This document shows, one piece after another, positions 40,447-49,953 of a DNA stretch of 64,000 bases. Position 1 is the first letter of the stretch. Each line of letters starts with the position of its first letter. A program made the position numbers and the translations under genes. Source of the stretch: an uncultured Gammaproteobacteria bacterium (GTDB taxonomy: Bacteria; Patescibacteriota; Microgenomatia; JAMCZE01); contig CAZXMM010000001.1 in NCBI GenBank assembly GCA_964641255.1, positions 246,973 to 310,972 on the forward strand. Reading direction: 5' to 3'. Under the pieces are notes generated by a model. The model worked only from the letters and a program-made list of their open reading frames with translations, was not told where the DNA came from and ran no database searches.

Positions 40447-41006
40447 ACCTAATAGTTCTTGGTCCTCCCGGCTCTGGTAAATCCACTCAGTCAAAGCTTC
40501 TTAGTGAATTCTTATCAGTTACCCATATTGTTTCTGGAGATATCGCTCGAGAGATAGCGACAGCCGATAACCCTCTTGGCTCTAAAGTTAAAAAAGATAT
40601 TAAAGACGGGCAGCTGATTCCCACCGAACTGTTGTTTCCCAAAATCAGTGGGGCAATTTTAGAAGCGGTTAAGAAGGGGGGCTTTGTCCTTGATGGCTAC
40701 CCCAGGGACCAAAAAGAAGCCCAAAGGCTGAGTTCTTTTTTGCAAGAAAAGAACATCGAGATTAAAAGTGTGATCGTTATAGTGGTAAGCGCGGCAAATA
40801 TTTTGGCCAGACTAGCCAAGCGGGCAGCGGTGGAAATGAGAAGTGATGACACCCCCTCGGCTATTAATGAACGCCTGGCAATTTATAACAACCAAACCCA
40901 AGAAGTGATTAGCAGCTTTAGGGGTCAGGGGTTAGTCAGAGAAGTAAACGGAGATGGGACAATTGCCAATGTTTGGACACAGGTAATTAGCCTAATTACT
41001 CCATGA
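40443..41006 (+). CDS. adk: Adenylate kinase (short LID)
   Basis: [20 protein letters not shown]. Confidence 0.95.
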   Translation: MNLIVLGPPGSGKSTQSKLLSEFLSVTHIVSGDIAREIATADNPLGSKVKKDIKDGQLIPTELLFPKISGAILEAVKKGGFVLDGYPRDQKEAQRLSSFLQEKNIEIKSVIVIVVSAANILARLAKRAAVEMRSDDTPSAINERLAIYNNQTQEVISSFRGQGLVREVNGDGTIANVWTQVISLITP

Positions 41007-41779
41007 TCGCTATTTATTCCCCAAGTGACCACGACAAAATTCGCCTCTGTGGCAAAACTACGGCTGAGGCGATGCAAGCGGTTATAGCCGCCGCTAAAGC
41101 GGGGGTAACAACTTTGGAGCTCGATGCTTTAGCCGAGAAAGTGATTGTTGCTAGAGGGGCTAAGCCGTCTTTTAAAATGGAAAAGGATTATCTCTTTACC
41201 ACCTGTCTATGTGTTAACGATGCGGTAGTACACGCCATTCCCACTAACCGACCGCTAGAAGTTGGGGACAGGCTAGGAATTGATCTGGGTAGTTACCAGG
41301 GAGGCTTCCACACCGATGCTAGTTGGTCGATTATTGTAGGCTCAAAGACCAGCAGTAATCTTCCCCCCCCTCCCCAGCTAGTAAAGTTTCTAAGTGTCGG
41401 TGAGAGGGCTCTTAAAAAGGCAATTACTGCCTGCAGAGTGGGCAACCATATTGGAGATATTTCAGCAGCGATCCAAGAAACTATCGAGGGTGCGGGTTAT
41501 AGCTGTGTCAAACAGTTAGTAGGTCACGGGGTAGGAAGAATGCTTCACGAGGATCCAGAAATCCCCTGCTATGTGCGGGGGAAGATTGCGCAGACTCCGG
41601 AGATTAAAGCGGGAATGGTGTTAGCTCTCGAAGCTATCTATAATGCAGGAAGCTCACCCGTAGTTTACGATGACAGTGGAGACGGCTGGACGATCGTTAG
41701 TCGCGATGGCTCGGTTTCCGGACTCTTTGAACATACTGTGATCGTGACTGCCCGGGGGGCAGAAGTAGTCACAGCCTAA
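41003..41779 (+). CDS. map: Methionine aminopeptidase type I
   Basis: VVHAIP, GHGVG..LHEDP, FEHTV. Confidence 0.96.
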   Translation: MIAIYSPSDHDKIRLCGKTTAEAMQAVIAAAKAGVTTLELDALAEKVIVARGAKPSFKMEKDYLFTTCLCVNDAVVHAIPTNRPLEVGDRLGIDLGSYQGGFHTDASWSIIVGSKTSSNLPPPPQLVKFLSVGERALKKAITACRVGNHIGDISAAIQETIEGAGYSCVKQLVGHGVGRMLHEDPEIPCYVRGKIAQTPEIKAGMVLALEAIYNAGSSPVVYDDSGDGWTIVSRDGSVSGLFEHTVIVTARGAEVVTA

Positions 41780-41785
41780 GAAGGC

Positions 41786-41864
41786 TTGCGTGATCGCGCT
41801 CTCTCGCGTATAATAGTAATTAGTCTCAAGAACAACTCTTGGGTGGTCGTTTTGGCCACTTTTT
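41786..41864 (+). promoter_or_regulatory. infA/alpha-operon promoter and hairpin leader
   Basis: TTGCGT-17 nt-TATAAT; hairpins 41825-43 and 41843-59 followed by TTTTT. Confidence 0.55.
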
Positions 41865-41868
41865 CTTT

Positions 41869-42087
41869 ATGGCACATCAAGGAACAACAGAATTCGAGGG
41901 ACAAGTTCTTGAAAACTTGCCCAACGCGATGTTTAAAATTCAGCTGTCCGACGGACGAGTTGTACTGTGTGCTTTATCGGGGAAAATGCGACTACATTAT
42001 ATTAAGATTTTCCCCGGAGATAAGGTGAGAGTTGAGATGACAGCTTACGATGATAATCGAGGAAGAATAGTTTATCGAATGAAATAA
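41869..42087 (+). CDS. infA: Translation initiation factor IF-1
   Basis: E.LPNAMF, SGKMR..YI.I..GD.V.VE, RGRIVYR. Start at ATG 41869. Confidence 0.98.
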   Translation: MAHQGTTEFEGQVLENLPNAMFKIQLSDGRVVLCALSGKMRLHYIKIFPGDKVRVEMTAYDDNRGRIVYRMK

Positions 42088-42088
42088 C

Positions 42089-42202
42089 ATGAAAGTTCAA
42101 GCTAGTGTTAAGCCCAGATGTGCCAAATGCAAAACCATTCGTCGAAAGGGACGAGTTTATGTAATTTGCGATAACCCTCGACATAAGCAGAGGCAGGGAT
42201 AA
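42089..42202 (+). CDS. rpmJ: 50S ribosomal protein L36
   Basis: Below the ORF-track cutoff. Translates [37 protein letters not shown]. Confidence 0.98.
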   Translation: MKVQASVKPRCAKCKTIRRKGRVYVICDNPRHKQRQG

Positions 42203-42216
42203 ATTTAAGATTTTAT

Positions 42217-42630
42217 ATGCCACGTATTGCTGGACTAGATTTAGATAATAACAAGCGAGTGGATATTGCTCTTACCAAGCTCTACGGTGTTGGTCGACAC
42301 AACGTAGTGTCTTTATTAGTCAAAGCTGAAGTGATGGCTGCCAAAAGAGTTAAAGATTTGACCGATGAAGAAATCAACCGGATACAAAAGATCGTGGATA
42401 CCTCTCCGGTGGAGGGGGAGCTAAGATCTGTTGTTCACGGTAACATCGCGGTTTTAAAACAAATTGGTAGTTATCGAGGAAACCGTCACACTAGAGGTTT
42501 GCCAGTCCGTGGTCAGCGAACCAAATCAAACGCCAGGACCAAAAGAGGTAAGCGCGTTACTATCGGCGCTATTCGCAAAGAGTTAGCTGATAAAACCGCC
42601 GGAACACCCAAGGTAGAAGAAAAAAAGTAG
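42217..42630 (+). CDS. rpsM: 30S ribosomal protein S13
   Basis: RIAG, LPVRGQRTKSNARTKRG. Confidence 0.98.
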   Translation: MPRIAGLDLDNNKRVDIALTKLYGVGRHNVVSLLVKAEVMAAKRVKDLTDEEINRIQKIVDTSPVEGELRSVVHGNIAVLKQIGSYRGNRHTRGLPVRGQRTKSNARTKRGKRVTIGAIRKELADKTAGTPKVEEKK

Positions 42631-42646
42631 TTAGCAAATTTGATTT

Positions 42647-43045
42647 ATGCCAGAAGAAGCAAAACCCGCCGCGGTAAAAAAAATTCGCAATAAACGCGAT
42701 GTGAGTAATGGTCGGGTGTATGTTACGGCAACCTTTAATAACACCTTAGTAACAATCACCGATGCAGTTGGTAATACACTTTTAACTAGTAGTTCTGGTG
42801 CTGCTGGCTTTAAAGGAGCGAGAAAATCTACTCCTTTTGCTGCTACAACTGCAGTGGAAATTGTTGGCCGGAAAGCGATGGAACTGGGTATGCGGGATGT
42901 TGAAATTTACATTAAGGGTCCGGGGGCCGGGAGAGATGCTACCTTAAGAGCCTTAAAGACACTAGGCTTTAACATAACTCTCATTGCTGATGTGACTCCC
43001 ATCCCTCACAATGGGCCTCGTCCCAAGAAGAAGAGGCGAGTTTAA
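42647..43045 (+). CDS. rpsK: 30S ribosomal protein S11
   Basis: [27 protein letters not shown]. Confidence 0.98.
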   Translation: MPEEAKPAAVKKIRNKRDVSNGRVYVTATFNNTLVTITDAVGNTLLTSSSGAAGFKGARKSTPFAATTAVEIVGRKAMELGMRDVEIYIKGPGAGRDATLRALKTLGFNITLIADVTPIPHNGPRPKKKRRV

Positions 43046-43058
43046 CAAGGAGAAGTTT

Positions 43059-43667
43059 ATGGCAAAATACAATGGACCAAAACATCGTTTAGCTCGCCGC
43101 GAAGCGACTAATATCTTTGAAAAAGGCAGCAGCGCTTTACAGAGGAGACTTAATGTCCCCCCTGGTGTTCATGGGCCAAAAGGTAGAAAAGGTAAAGTAT
43201 CTGACTTTGGTCGAGAGTTGCGAGAGAAACAAAAAGCCAAGCGGTCTTATGGATTACTCGAGAAGCAGTTCCGTCGCTATTTTGATAAAGCTACTAAAGT
43301 TCGGGGCAAAACTGGCGAGGCCTTGCTTCAGGCGCTGGAAAGGCGCTTAGATAATACCGTCTATCGACTCGGTTTTACCACCTCTCGAACCATGGCTAGA
43401 CAATTAGTTTCTCATGGACATGTACAAGTTAATGGTCATAAGGTAACTATTCCCTCGTATGCTTTAAAGATTGATGAGGTAGTGAGTCTGTCTACGAAGG
43501 CCATGGAAATTCCAGCAGTCAAAAAATTATTATCGCAAGAAGAAACCAAGATCCCTAGCTATTATGAGCGCAAAGCGGCAGCAGGTAGACTAATTAGGAT
43601 TCCTGTACGGGAAGAAATTCCCACCGAAGTCAACGAACAGTTAATTATTGAATATTATTCAAGATAG
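43059..43667 (+). CDS. rpsD: 30S ribosomal protein S4
   Basis: LREKQK, LERRLDN.VYRLGF, ARQLVSHGH, IIEYYSR. Start at ATG 43059. Confidence 0.98.
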   Translation: MAKYNGPKHRLARREATNIFEKGSSALQRRLNVPPGVHGPKGRKGKVSDFGRELREKQKAKRSYGLLEKQFRRYFDKATKVRGKTGEALLQALERRLDNTVYRLGFTTSRTMARQLVSHGHVQVNGHKVTIPSYALKIDEVVSLSTKAMEIPAVKKLLSQEETKIPSYYERKAAAGRLIRIPVREEIPTEVNEQLIIEYYSR

Positions 43668-43669
43668 CG

Positions 43670-43713
43670 TTAACTTTTTAAAAAAACCAGACGGCCTTTT
43701 TTTAAAGAGTTAA
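43670..43713. repeat. 17-bp AU-rich inverted repeat between rpsD and rpoA
   Basis: TTAACTTTTTAAAAAAA / 10-nt loop / TTTTTTTAAAGAGTTAA, with one G:U pair. Confidence 0.8.
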
Positions 43714-43728
43714 GCAAGAAAGAATTAT

Positions 43729-44652
43729 ATGTTTGAACCAAGTTTCAAGGTCAAGGTGGACCAACAGACAGAAACCTACGGAAGGTTTGTTATTGAACCA
43801 CTAGAGACGGGCTATGCTCACACTCTAGGTAACGCTCTGAGGCGAGTGTTGTTGTCCTCATTTCCTGGGGCAGCAGTAACTAGCATTACAATCGACGGTG
43901 TTAAACACCAGTTTCAAACCCTGGAAGGTTTAAGAGAGGATGTAGTCGAGTTTGTTCTCAATGTTAAAAAGCTACGGGTACGACTTCTCTCTGGTGATAC
44001 AGCCGTAATTACTCTAAAAGCTAGTGGACCGGGAGCTGTCACCGCTGCTTCTATTGAAGAGAGTTCTGACGTGGAAGTGGTTAACAAAGATCTCTACTTG
44101 GGGACACTAGCTGACAAAAAGTCGACTATTACCGCCCAGCTGACCGTAGGAAAGGGCTACGGCTATAGCTTTGGAGAAGAGCGGAAAAATGATTCTGCGG
44201 TGGGAATTATCCCCCTAGATGCGGTTTTTACACCAATAGTACGAGTCAATTTCAGTCAGGAGGCAACTCGGGTGGGGCGACAGACTAATTTCGACCGATT
44301 AATTATGGAAATTTGGACTGACGGAACGATTAGTCCGGCAGATAGTCTGAAAATGGCGGCTAGGACGCTTGTTAGCTATTTTGCTCAAGTTTATGAGCCA
44401 AAAGCTGAAGAGGGAGGAGTAAGTGTTAGTATAAGTTCATCCGTTTCGGACGATGTCTTAAAAATGTTGGTCGAGGAGTTGGATTTGCCAACTCGTTTGG
44501 AGAATGCGCTAAAAAATGGCAATATCGAAACTGTGGGCCAGTTACTTTCTACTCCGCGCAAGGAATTGATGAAAATCAAAAACCTTGGTGGTAAGTCTCT
44601 CTCAATCGTCGAAGACAAACTTCGCGAAAAGGGCGTGACTTTAACAATCTAA
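43729..44652 (+). CDS. rpoA: RNA polymerase alpha subunit
   Basis: EPLE.GY..TLGNALRRVLLSS, alpha-CTD NLGGKSL. Confidence 0.98.
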   Translation: MFEPSFKVKVDQQTETYGRFVIEPLETGYAHTLGNALRRVLLSSFPGAAVTSITIDGVKHQFQTLEGLREDVVEFVLNVKKLRVRLLSGDTAVITLKASGPGAVTAASIEESSDVEVVNKDLYLGTLADKKSTITAQLTVGKGYGYSFGEERKNDSAVGIIPLDAVFTPIVRVNFSQEATRVGRQTNFDRLIMEIWTDGTISPADSLKMAARTLVSYFAQVYEPKAEEGGVSVSISSSVSDDVLKMLVEELDLPTRLENALKNGNIETVGQLLSTPRKELMKIKNLGGKSLSIVEDKLREKGVTLTI

Positions 44653-44656
44653 TAGT

Positions 44657-45133
44657 ATGCGTCACCGTGTTGCCGGTAATAAATTAGGCAGACGAACCAA
44701 CGTCGTTAAGGCGCTCTATAGAAGTATTGTCTTTGAGTTGTTCGAACATGGTCGGATTGAAACTACCGTTGCTAAGGCGAAAGCGATTCGTGGAATGGTT
44801 GATAAACTGGTGACTCTTGGTAAAAGTGATTCACCAAACAACCGCAGAATGATTGCAAAGATCATGGGCCACGAACATCTTTTAGATCGTATCTTTAAGG
44901 AAGTATCACCCGCTCTTATTAGCAGAAATTCTGGCTTTACTCGCATCATTCGGACTGGGAAGAGACTGTCAGATACTGCCGAGATGGGGATTCTCGAGTT
45001 TGTTGAACCTATTGCTACCAAAGCACCGGCGGTTAAGGCCGAAGTGGTTAACACTGAAGTAGAACCAGCAGTAGAAACCAAGAAGGTAGTACCAAAGGCA
45101 AAGAAGAAGATAGCAGCTAAAAAGAAAGCCTAG
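44657..45133 (+). CDS. rplQ: 50S ribosomal protein L17, with Lys/Ala tail
   Basis: MRHR, I.TT.AKAK, GFTRI. Confidence 0.97.
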   Translation: MRHRVAGNKLGRRTNVVKALYRSIVFELFEHGRIETTVAKAKAIRGMVDKLVTLGKSDSPNNRRMIAKIMGHEHLLDRIFKEVSPALISRNSGFTRIIRTGKRLSDTAEMGILEFVEPIATKAPAVKAEVVNTEVEPAVETKKVVPKAKKKIAAKKKA

Positions 45134-45147
45134 TTTAAAGAAGCTAT

Positions 45148-45522
45148 ATGAAGAGTACTAAAGTATCTGACATCGCTCACAACAAACACCAGCTTGACGC
45201 TAAAGGCGCTATCTTGGGTCGTCTTGCGAGTAAGGCTGCCCAGCTATTAGTAGGCAAAAGTAAGCCGTATTTCGTCCGCCATCTTGACTGTGGGGATTTT
45301 GTCACGATAATAAACGCTAAAGACATTAAGGTTACTGGCAACAAAGAAAGTCAAAAAACCTACGGACACTATTCTGGATATCCAGGAGGACTCAAAGTTA
45401 AACCCCTGAAAAAGATTCGTGAGGAGAATCCTGCCGAAATACTAACACACGCGATTTCGGGAATGCTTCCTAATAACAAACTGCGCGATCAATGGATGAA
45501 AAGACTTATTGTGATAGCTTAA
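45148..45522 (+). CDS. rplM: 50S ribosomal protein L13
   Basis: LGRLAS, DCGDFV..INA, SGYPGGLK, GMLP.N. Confidence 0.98.
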   Translation: MKSTKVSDIAHNKHQLDAKGAILGRLASKAAQLLVGKSKPYFVRHLDCGDFVTIINAKDIKVTGNKESQKTYGHYSGYPGGLKVKPLKKIREENPAEILTHAISGMLPNNKLRDQWMKRLIVIA

Positions 45523-45529
45523 AAAATCT

Positions 45530-46057
45530 ATGGCAAAAGAAAAAAAGACCATTGTTAAAAAAGAAAAAAAGGAAACTCCTGTCGTCACCGAAGAAATGGC
45601 AGTAGCTCCCGCCACCGAAAACAAAGCCAATAATAAAGGATTCTTTTATGGTTTTGGACGCAGGAAAACAGCTACAGCTAGAGCTCGACTCTATCTTCCC
45701 ACAGAAGAAATCGTTATTAATGGCACTAAATTAAATCGCGGAGATATCTACGTCAATAATCAACCAATTGATGTGTATTTCAATGATCGTTTCACCAAAG
45801 CTATCTACACGGAAGTCTACAGAACTACGAATACTGTAGGACGTTTCATCACTACGATCGTGGTCAGTGGATCTGGAGCCACCGGACAAAGTGGAGCGGC
45901 AGTACTGGCTATCTCTCGGGCTCTTTGTGCTGTTGATCCTAAATTTAAAGCTACTCTTCGTAAAAAAGGATTCATGACCCGCGATCCCCGAATGAAGGAG
46001 CGCAAAAAGCCCGGTCTGATGGGCGCGCGCAAGCAGAAATCTTCACCAAAGCGCTAA
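45530..46057 (+). CDS. rpsI: 30S ribosomal protein S9 (N-terminal extension)
   Basis: GRRKTATAR, TRDPR.KERKKPG..GARK...KR. Confidence 0.98.
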   Translation: MAKEKKTIVKKEKKETPVVTEEMAVAPATENKANNKGFFYGFGRRKTATARARLYLPTEEIVINGTKLNRGDIYVNNQPIDVYFNDRFTKAIYTEVYRTTNTVGRFITTIVVSGSGATGQSGAAVLAISRALCAVDPKFKATLRKKGFMTRDPRMKERKKPGLMGARKQKSSPKR

Positions 46058-46065
46058 GCCGATAC

Positions 46066-46722
46066 TTAACTGAGTGAGAGTTTTGCATGTGCAAAGATTC
46101 TATTCAATAAGTTATAGCCAGCAACCATTGAAGGGATCACATTTGAATTCTCTTCGTCAACCTTATCTGTGTCTACCCCATAGTGATGGGCTTCAGCTGT
46201 TCGACAGGCATTGTTAAGATCCTCCACTATTTGTAAATCATTTTTAGGGAATATATTTTCTATGCTCACATTGATCCGCTTTCTAAAAGCATTCAATTTC
46301 TTATCGGATTTGTCGAAGGAATCGTATTGGGGATTATTAAAAAGATAAATTAATAAATGAAAAATCTTGTCATAGTCTGCCCTTATTCTAAGGGAAAGAT
46401 TAAATAATAATTCTTTACGCTTCAGAATGAGCCAACATCGACTACTTGCCTTGAGTTTGGAAAACTCAGGGCTATTAATGAGTTGGTTACTAGCACTGAA
46501 TAAAACAATGTCTTTTCTTATAAGGTAAAAGTTTATAACACTATCAAAAAATATATTAGCGAGCCTCCTATCGGTCGCTAAATATTGACTGTATGTAGCT
46601 TGAGTTTTATTAGAAAAGAAATCGTCAATTACTGGATTAAAACCGAATTCGGGGTATTTTATAACGGTTTCAGTCTTAAGAAACTCTGCAAGATTACTTA
46701 GTAGAAGCTCTTTATCAATCAT
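46066..46722 (-). CDS. AT-rich hypothetical protein, HEPN-like
   Basis: Rx4H motif RTAEAH near the C-terminus; R..YDK...LL helix upstream. Confidence 0.5.
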   Translation of the reverse strand: MIDKELLLSNLAEFLKTETVIKYPEFGFNPVIDDFFSNKTQATYSQYLATDRRLANIFFDSVINFYLIRKDIVLFSASNQLINSPEFSKLKASSRCWLILKRKELLFNLSLRIRADYDKIFHLLIYLFNNPQYDSFDKSDKKLNAFRKRINVSIENIFPKNDLQIVEDLNNACRTAEAHHYGVDTDKVDEENSNVIPSMVAGYNLLNRIFAHAKLSLS

Positions 46723-46743
46723 TTATGAATTTGTTTCAAAACT

Positions 46744-46818
46744 TGGTCGGGGCGAGAGGAATTGAACCTCCCACTTCTCGGACCCCATCCGAGCGGTCTA
46801 CCGATGACCTACGCCCCG
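46744..46818 (-). tRNA. tRNA-Pro(GGG)
   Basis: Cloverleaf: acceptor CGGGGCG/CGCCCCG, D arm GGTC/GACC, anticodon stem CTCGG/CCGAG with loop AT-GGG-GT, T arm GGAGG-TTCAATT-CCTCT, encoded CCA. Confidence 0.97.
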
Positions 46819-46907
46819 TAACACAGTAATTTTATCATAATGATAGTGTATTGATACAGTTTTTATCATTGACACGTTATCCCATAAAAGGTTTAATGCG
46901 GCTATCT

Positions 46908-47996
46908 ATGGCAAAGCAAAAAGTCACAACAGATACTGCTCCCGCCCCATCTTCTGATAATAGTCCTAAGACATCCGCGATTCGGCTGGCGATGGAACAG
47001 ATTGAAAAACAATACGGCAAAGGTTCGATCATGAAGATGAACGAAGCCGCCTCTCGCATGAATACTGAAGTTATTTCCACCGGGGTTCTTCCTCTCGATC
47101 TTGCCTTGGGAGTCGGAGGTCTGCCAAGGGGAAGAATCATCGAAATTTACGGGCCGGAAGCCTCTGGGAAAACCAGTGTCATGCTTTCGGTCATTGCCCA
47201 GGCACAAAAAGCGGGAGGGGTAGCCGCCTTTATTGATGCGGAGCACGCACTTGACCCGGTATGGGCAGCGAAGCTGGGAGTGGATCTTAATGAGCTGCTC
47301 ATCTCGCAACCAGATACGGGAGAACAGGCGTTAGAGATTGCTGAACGTTTGATTAGTTCAGCAGCTATTGATGTTATTGTCATCGACTCTGTTGCAGCCC
47401 TTGTTCCTAAAGCGGAAATTGAAGGGGAAATGGGTGATTCCATGATGGGACTACAAGCCAGACTCATGTCTCAAGCCTTGCGCAAATTAACTGGGGTCAT
47501 TAACAAATCCAAAACAGTAGTGATCTTTACCAATCAACTCCGCCAAAAAATTGGGGTGATGTTTGGTAATCCCGAAACTACCCCTGGGGGTCTGGCAATG
47601 AAATTTTATGCATCAGTTCGTTTGGACATTCGCAAGATCGAACAACTTAAAGATGGAGATGTTTCCATTGGGAGTCGGCACCGCGTTAAAGTAGTGAAGA
47701 ACAAAGTGGCCCCACCTTTCCGGGTAGCTGAATTTAACATTTATTCTGCTACCGGCATTTCCTACGAAGACGGTCTGATTGACGTCGGAGTGGAACTGGG
47801 TGTCATTACCAAATCAGGAGCGTTCCTGCGCTATAAAGAAGAGATGTTAGGCCAAGGTAGAGAAGCCGCCAGGCAATATTTGCAGGAAAACCCCAGTACC
47901 GCCAAATTAATTGAAAAAGAGATCATGGCAATGGCCAAGGCAGGAGAAACTGCGGAAAAAGTAGTGCTAGGGGAAGAAGAGGATAAAGAAGAATAG
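46908..47996 (+). CDS. recA: Recombinase RecA
   Basis: [37 protein letters not shown]. Promoter TTGACA-17-TTTAAT at 46869-46897 supports ATG 46908. Confidence 0.99.
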   Translation: MAKQKVTTDTAPAPSSDNSPKTSAIRLAMEQIEKQYGKGSIMKMNEAASRMNTEVISTGVLPLDLALGVGGLPRGRIIEIYGPEASGKTSVMLSVIAQAQKAGGVAAFIDAEHALDPVWAAKLGVDLNELLISQPDTGEQALEIAERLISSAAIDVIVIDSVAALVPKAEIEGEMGDSMMGLQARLMSQALRKLTGVINKSKTVVIFTNQLRQKIGVMFGNPETTPGGLAMKFYASVRLDIRKIEQLKDGDVSIGSRHRVKVVKNKVAPPFRVAEFNIYSATGISYEDGLIDVGVELGVITKSGAFLRYKEEMLGQGREAARQYLQENPSTAKLIEKEIMAMAKAGETAEKVVLGEEEDKEE

Positions 47997-48040
47997 TCCT
48001 TCCTTGCACAAGGCATAATATCTCACTACAATCTTCGGTA

Positions 48041-48706
48041 ATGACAATAACAGATCAACTCCTGGCTAATTCGCGGTTTCTTGAATTAATGAGGCTCAAC
48101 GAAGAAGTTGATGAGGCTCATGATTTGAGTCATTTTAAGCGGGTAACAAAGTATGCTTTAGAGATTGGCCAAGAAGAGGGTGCGGATTTAGAAATACTAG
48201 AAGCGGCCGGAATGTTGCACGATATAGCGAGAGGGCTAGAGACTTCAGGAAAGGTTACTGACCATCTTGTTGCTGGTGCAGAATTGACCACAGAAATACT
48301 TAGCGAATTAGAGTTCCCGCCAGAAAAAATTACCAGCGTTGCCTACGCGGTTTCAATTCATCAAAGAAGAGTAGGAACTGAGGCTAAAACTCTTGAGGCT
48401 AAGATTATTCAAGATGCTGATCTTCTAGATACTTTTGGTTTAATCTACGCCACGCGCTCTTTGGTCTGGGGGGTGCAATCAAAAAAATATAGGCGTCCTG
48501 TTTTTGTCGACGAACACCTTGAAAATTGGGACGACCGATACAAAAATCTCTCTACCATACATTATCTTTTGTACCGACTTAATGACCCACTCTACGATCC
48601 CAAAACACTTCACACTTCAAAGGCACAATCGTTGGCTACAGAGAAGAAGAAACTACTTCATGAATTTGTATCAAATTTTATTAAAGAAGCCAGGGGACAA
48701 ATTTAA
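48041..48706 (+). CDS. HD-domain phosphohydrolase
   Basis: AHD..H..RV, LHDIAR, QDAD.LD..G. Own promoter TTGCAC-17-TACAAT at 48004-48032. Confidence 0.9.
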   Translation: MTITDQLLANSRFLELMRLNEEVDEAHDLSHFKRVTKYALEIGQEEGADLEILEAAGMLHDIARGLETSGKVTDHLVAGAELTTEILSELEFPPEKITSVAYAVSIHQRRVGTEAKTLEAKIIQDADLLDTFGLIYATRSLVWGVQSKKYRRPVFVDEHLENWDDRYKNLSTIHYLLYRLNDPLYDPKTLHTSKAQSLATEKKKLLHEFVSNFIKEARGQI

Positions 48707-48715
48707 CTTTTAGTT

Positions 48716-49288
48716 ATGGATAGTAAATATGTATCTCGTGGTGGAACCAAACTTGAGCACGCCCTAAGGGAATTTAACCTAAAGTGTACGGGACTCATTT
48801 GCTTTGATATTGGCAGTTCCACCGGCGGATTTGTTGATTGTCTCCTCCAACAGGGGGCTATAAAAGTTTACAGTCTAGATACTGCTTACGGAGAACTTGC
48901 CTGGAAACTTCGCCAAGACGAACGAGTGGTAGTAATGGAGAAAACAAATATTCTTCACTTTACTGATTTTCCAGCTCCAGTTGATTTGGTAACTATTGAT
49001 GTAACCTTTACTCCTCTTAAAAAGATCCTTCCGGTAGCCAAAAACTTTCTTAAGGAGGGGGGGAAAGTGGTTGCCCTTCTTAAGCCCCAGTATGAAGATC
49101 AAAAAGTTGCCATGAAGCACAAAAATAGAGGAGTAGTACCGAGCGAAGATCGTGATAAGATACTAGCTGATAGCCTTAAAGCTATTGCTGCTTTAGGATG
49201 GGTAATTGAAAACCAAACTACCTCACCTATTACTGGAACTGGAGGAAACACTGAGTACCTTGTACTGCTTAGTCAAGTGTCACCATGA
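48716..49288 (+). CDS. tlyA: TlyA-family rRNA 2'-O-methyltransferase (no S4 domain)
   Basis: YVSRGG.KL, DIGSSTGGF.DCLLQ, L.KPQYE, SPI.G..GN.EY. Confidence 0.9.
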   Translation: MDSKYVSRGGTKLEHALREFNLKCTGLICFDIGSSTGGFVDCLLQQGAIKVYSLDTAYGELAWKLRQDERVVVMEKTNILHFTDFPAPVDLVTIDVTFTPLKKILPVAKNFLKEGGKVVALLKPQYEDQKVAMKHKNRGVVPSEDRDKILADSLKAIAALGWVIENQTTSPITGTGGNTEYLVLLSQVSP

Positions 49289-49953
49289 GAATAACAAAGC
49301 TTGAGTATCAAAAAGACGACCCTAGTAGAGTCAGTGTTTTCATTGATGGTAAGTTTGCCGTGGGGCTTAACACCAATGACGTTTTGACTTTAAAAATTTA
49401 TCAGAATAAGGAAATTACTCCCGAAGAATTCACTGCTCTACTCTCCGTCAGCGAATTGGGGAGACTTTTTAATGACGCTCTTAGTTTTCTTAGTTTCCGG
49501 CCCAGAAGCGAATGGGAAATCCGAAATCATTTAAGTAAAAAGAATCAAGTGGCTAAAGCAAAGGGCAAAGGTAAAGAAGATGGGGCGTTAAATGCGTACA
49601 TTGACCAAATTATTGACAAACTGACCGCCATGGGGCAGGTAAATGACAAAGCCTTCACCGAGTGGTTTCTGGATCAGCGCCAGAGTTTTAAGCCCAAAGG
49701 CAAAAGAGCGCTTGTTTTTGAACTCAGTCAAAAGGGCGTAGCTAGGCGAATTGTTGAAGAGGTGTTAGAAGACCGGGAAACCTTGGGTACAGCTGTCTCC
49801 GAGCTGTCACAGGCCACCATTTTGGCAGAAAAGAAGTTTGGGGGTAAGCTACTGGTAGAACAAAAAGCGAAATTGGCGCGTTTTTTGAGTAGCCGGGGAT
49901 ACGGCTGGGATGTGATTTCTGAAGTGATAGCAAAACTTGCTAAAAAGGAGTAG
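49285..49953 (+). CDS. recX: Regulatory protein RecX
   Basis: LSFRPRSEWEIR, L.QKG, FL.SRGY. Confidence 0.9.
   Translation: MRITKLEYQKDDPSRVSVFIDGKFAVGLNTNDVLTLKIYQNKEITPEEFTALLSVSELGRLFNDALSFLSFRPRSEWEIRNHLSKKNQVAKAKGKGKEDGALNAYIDQIIDKLTAMGQVNDKAFTEWFLDQRQSFKPKGKRALVFELSQKGVARRIVEEVLEDRETLGTAVSELSQATILAEKKFGGKLLVEQKAKLARFLSSRGYGWDVISEVIAKLAKKE

Noticed and set aside
46058-46743. Integrative element at tRNA-Pro
   Set aside because: No integrase and no duplicated tRNA 3' end (att site) visible on the far side of the single gene.
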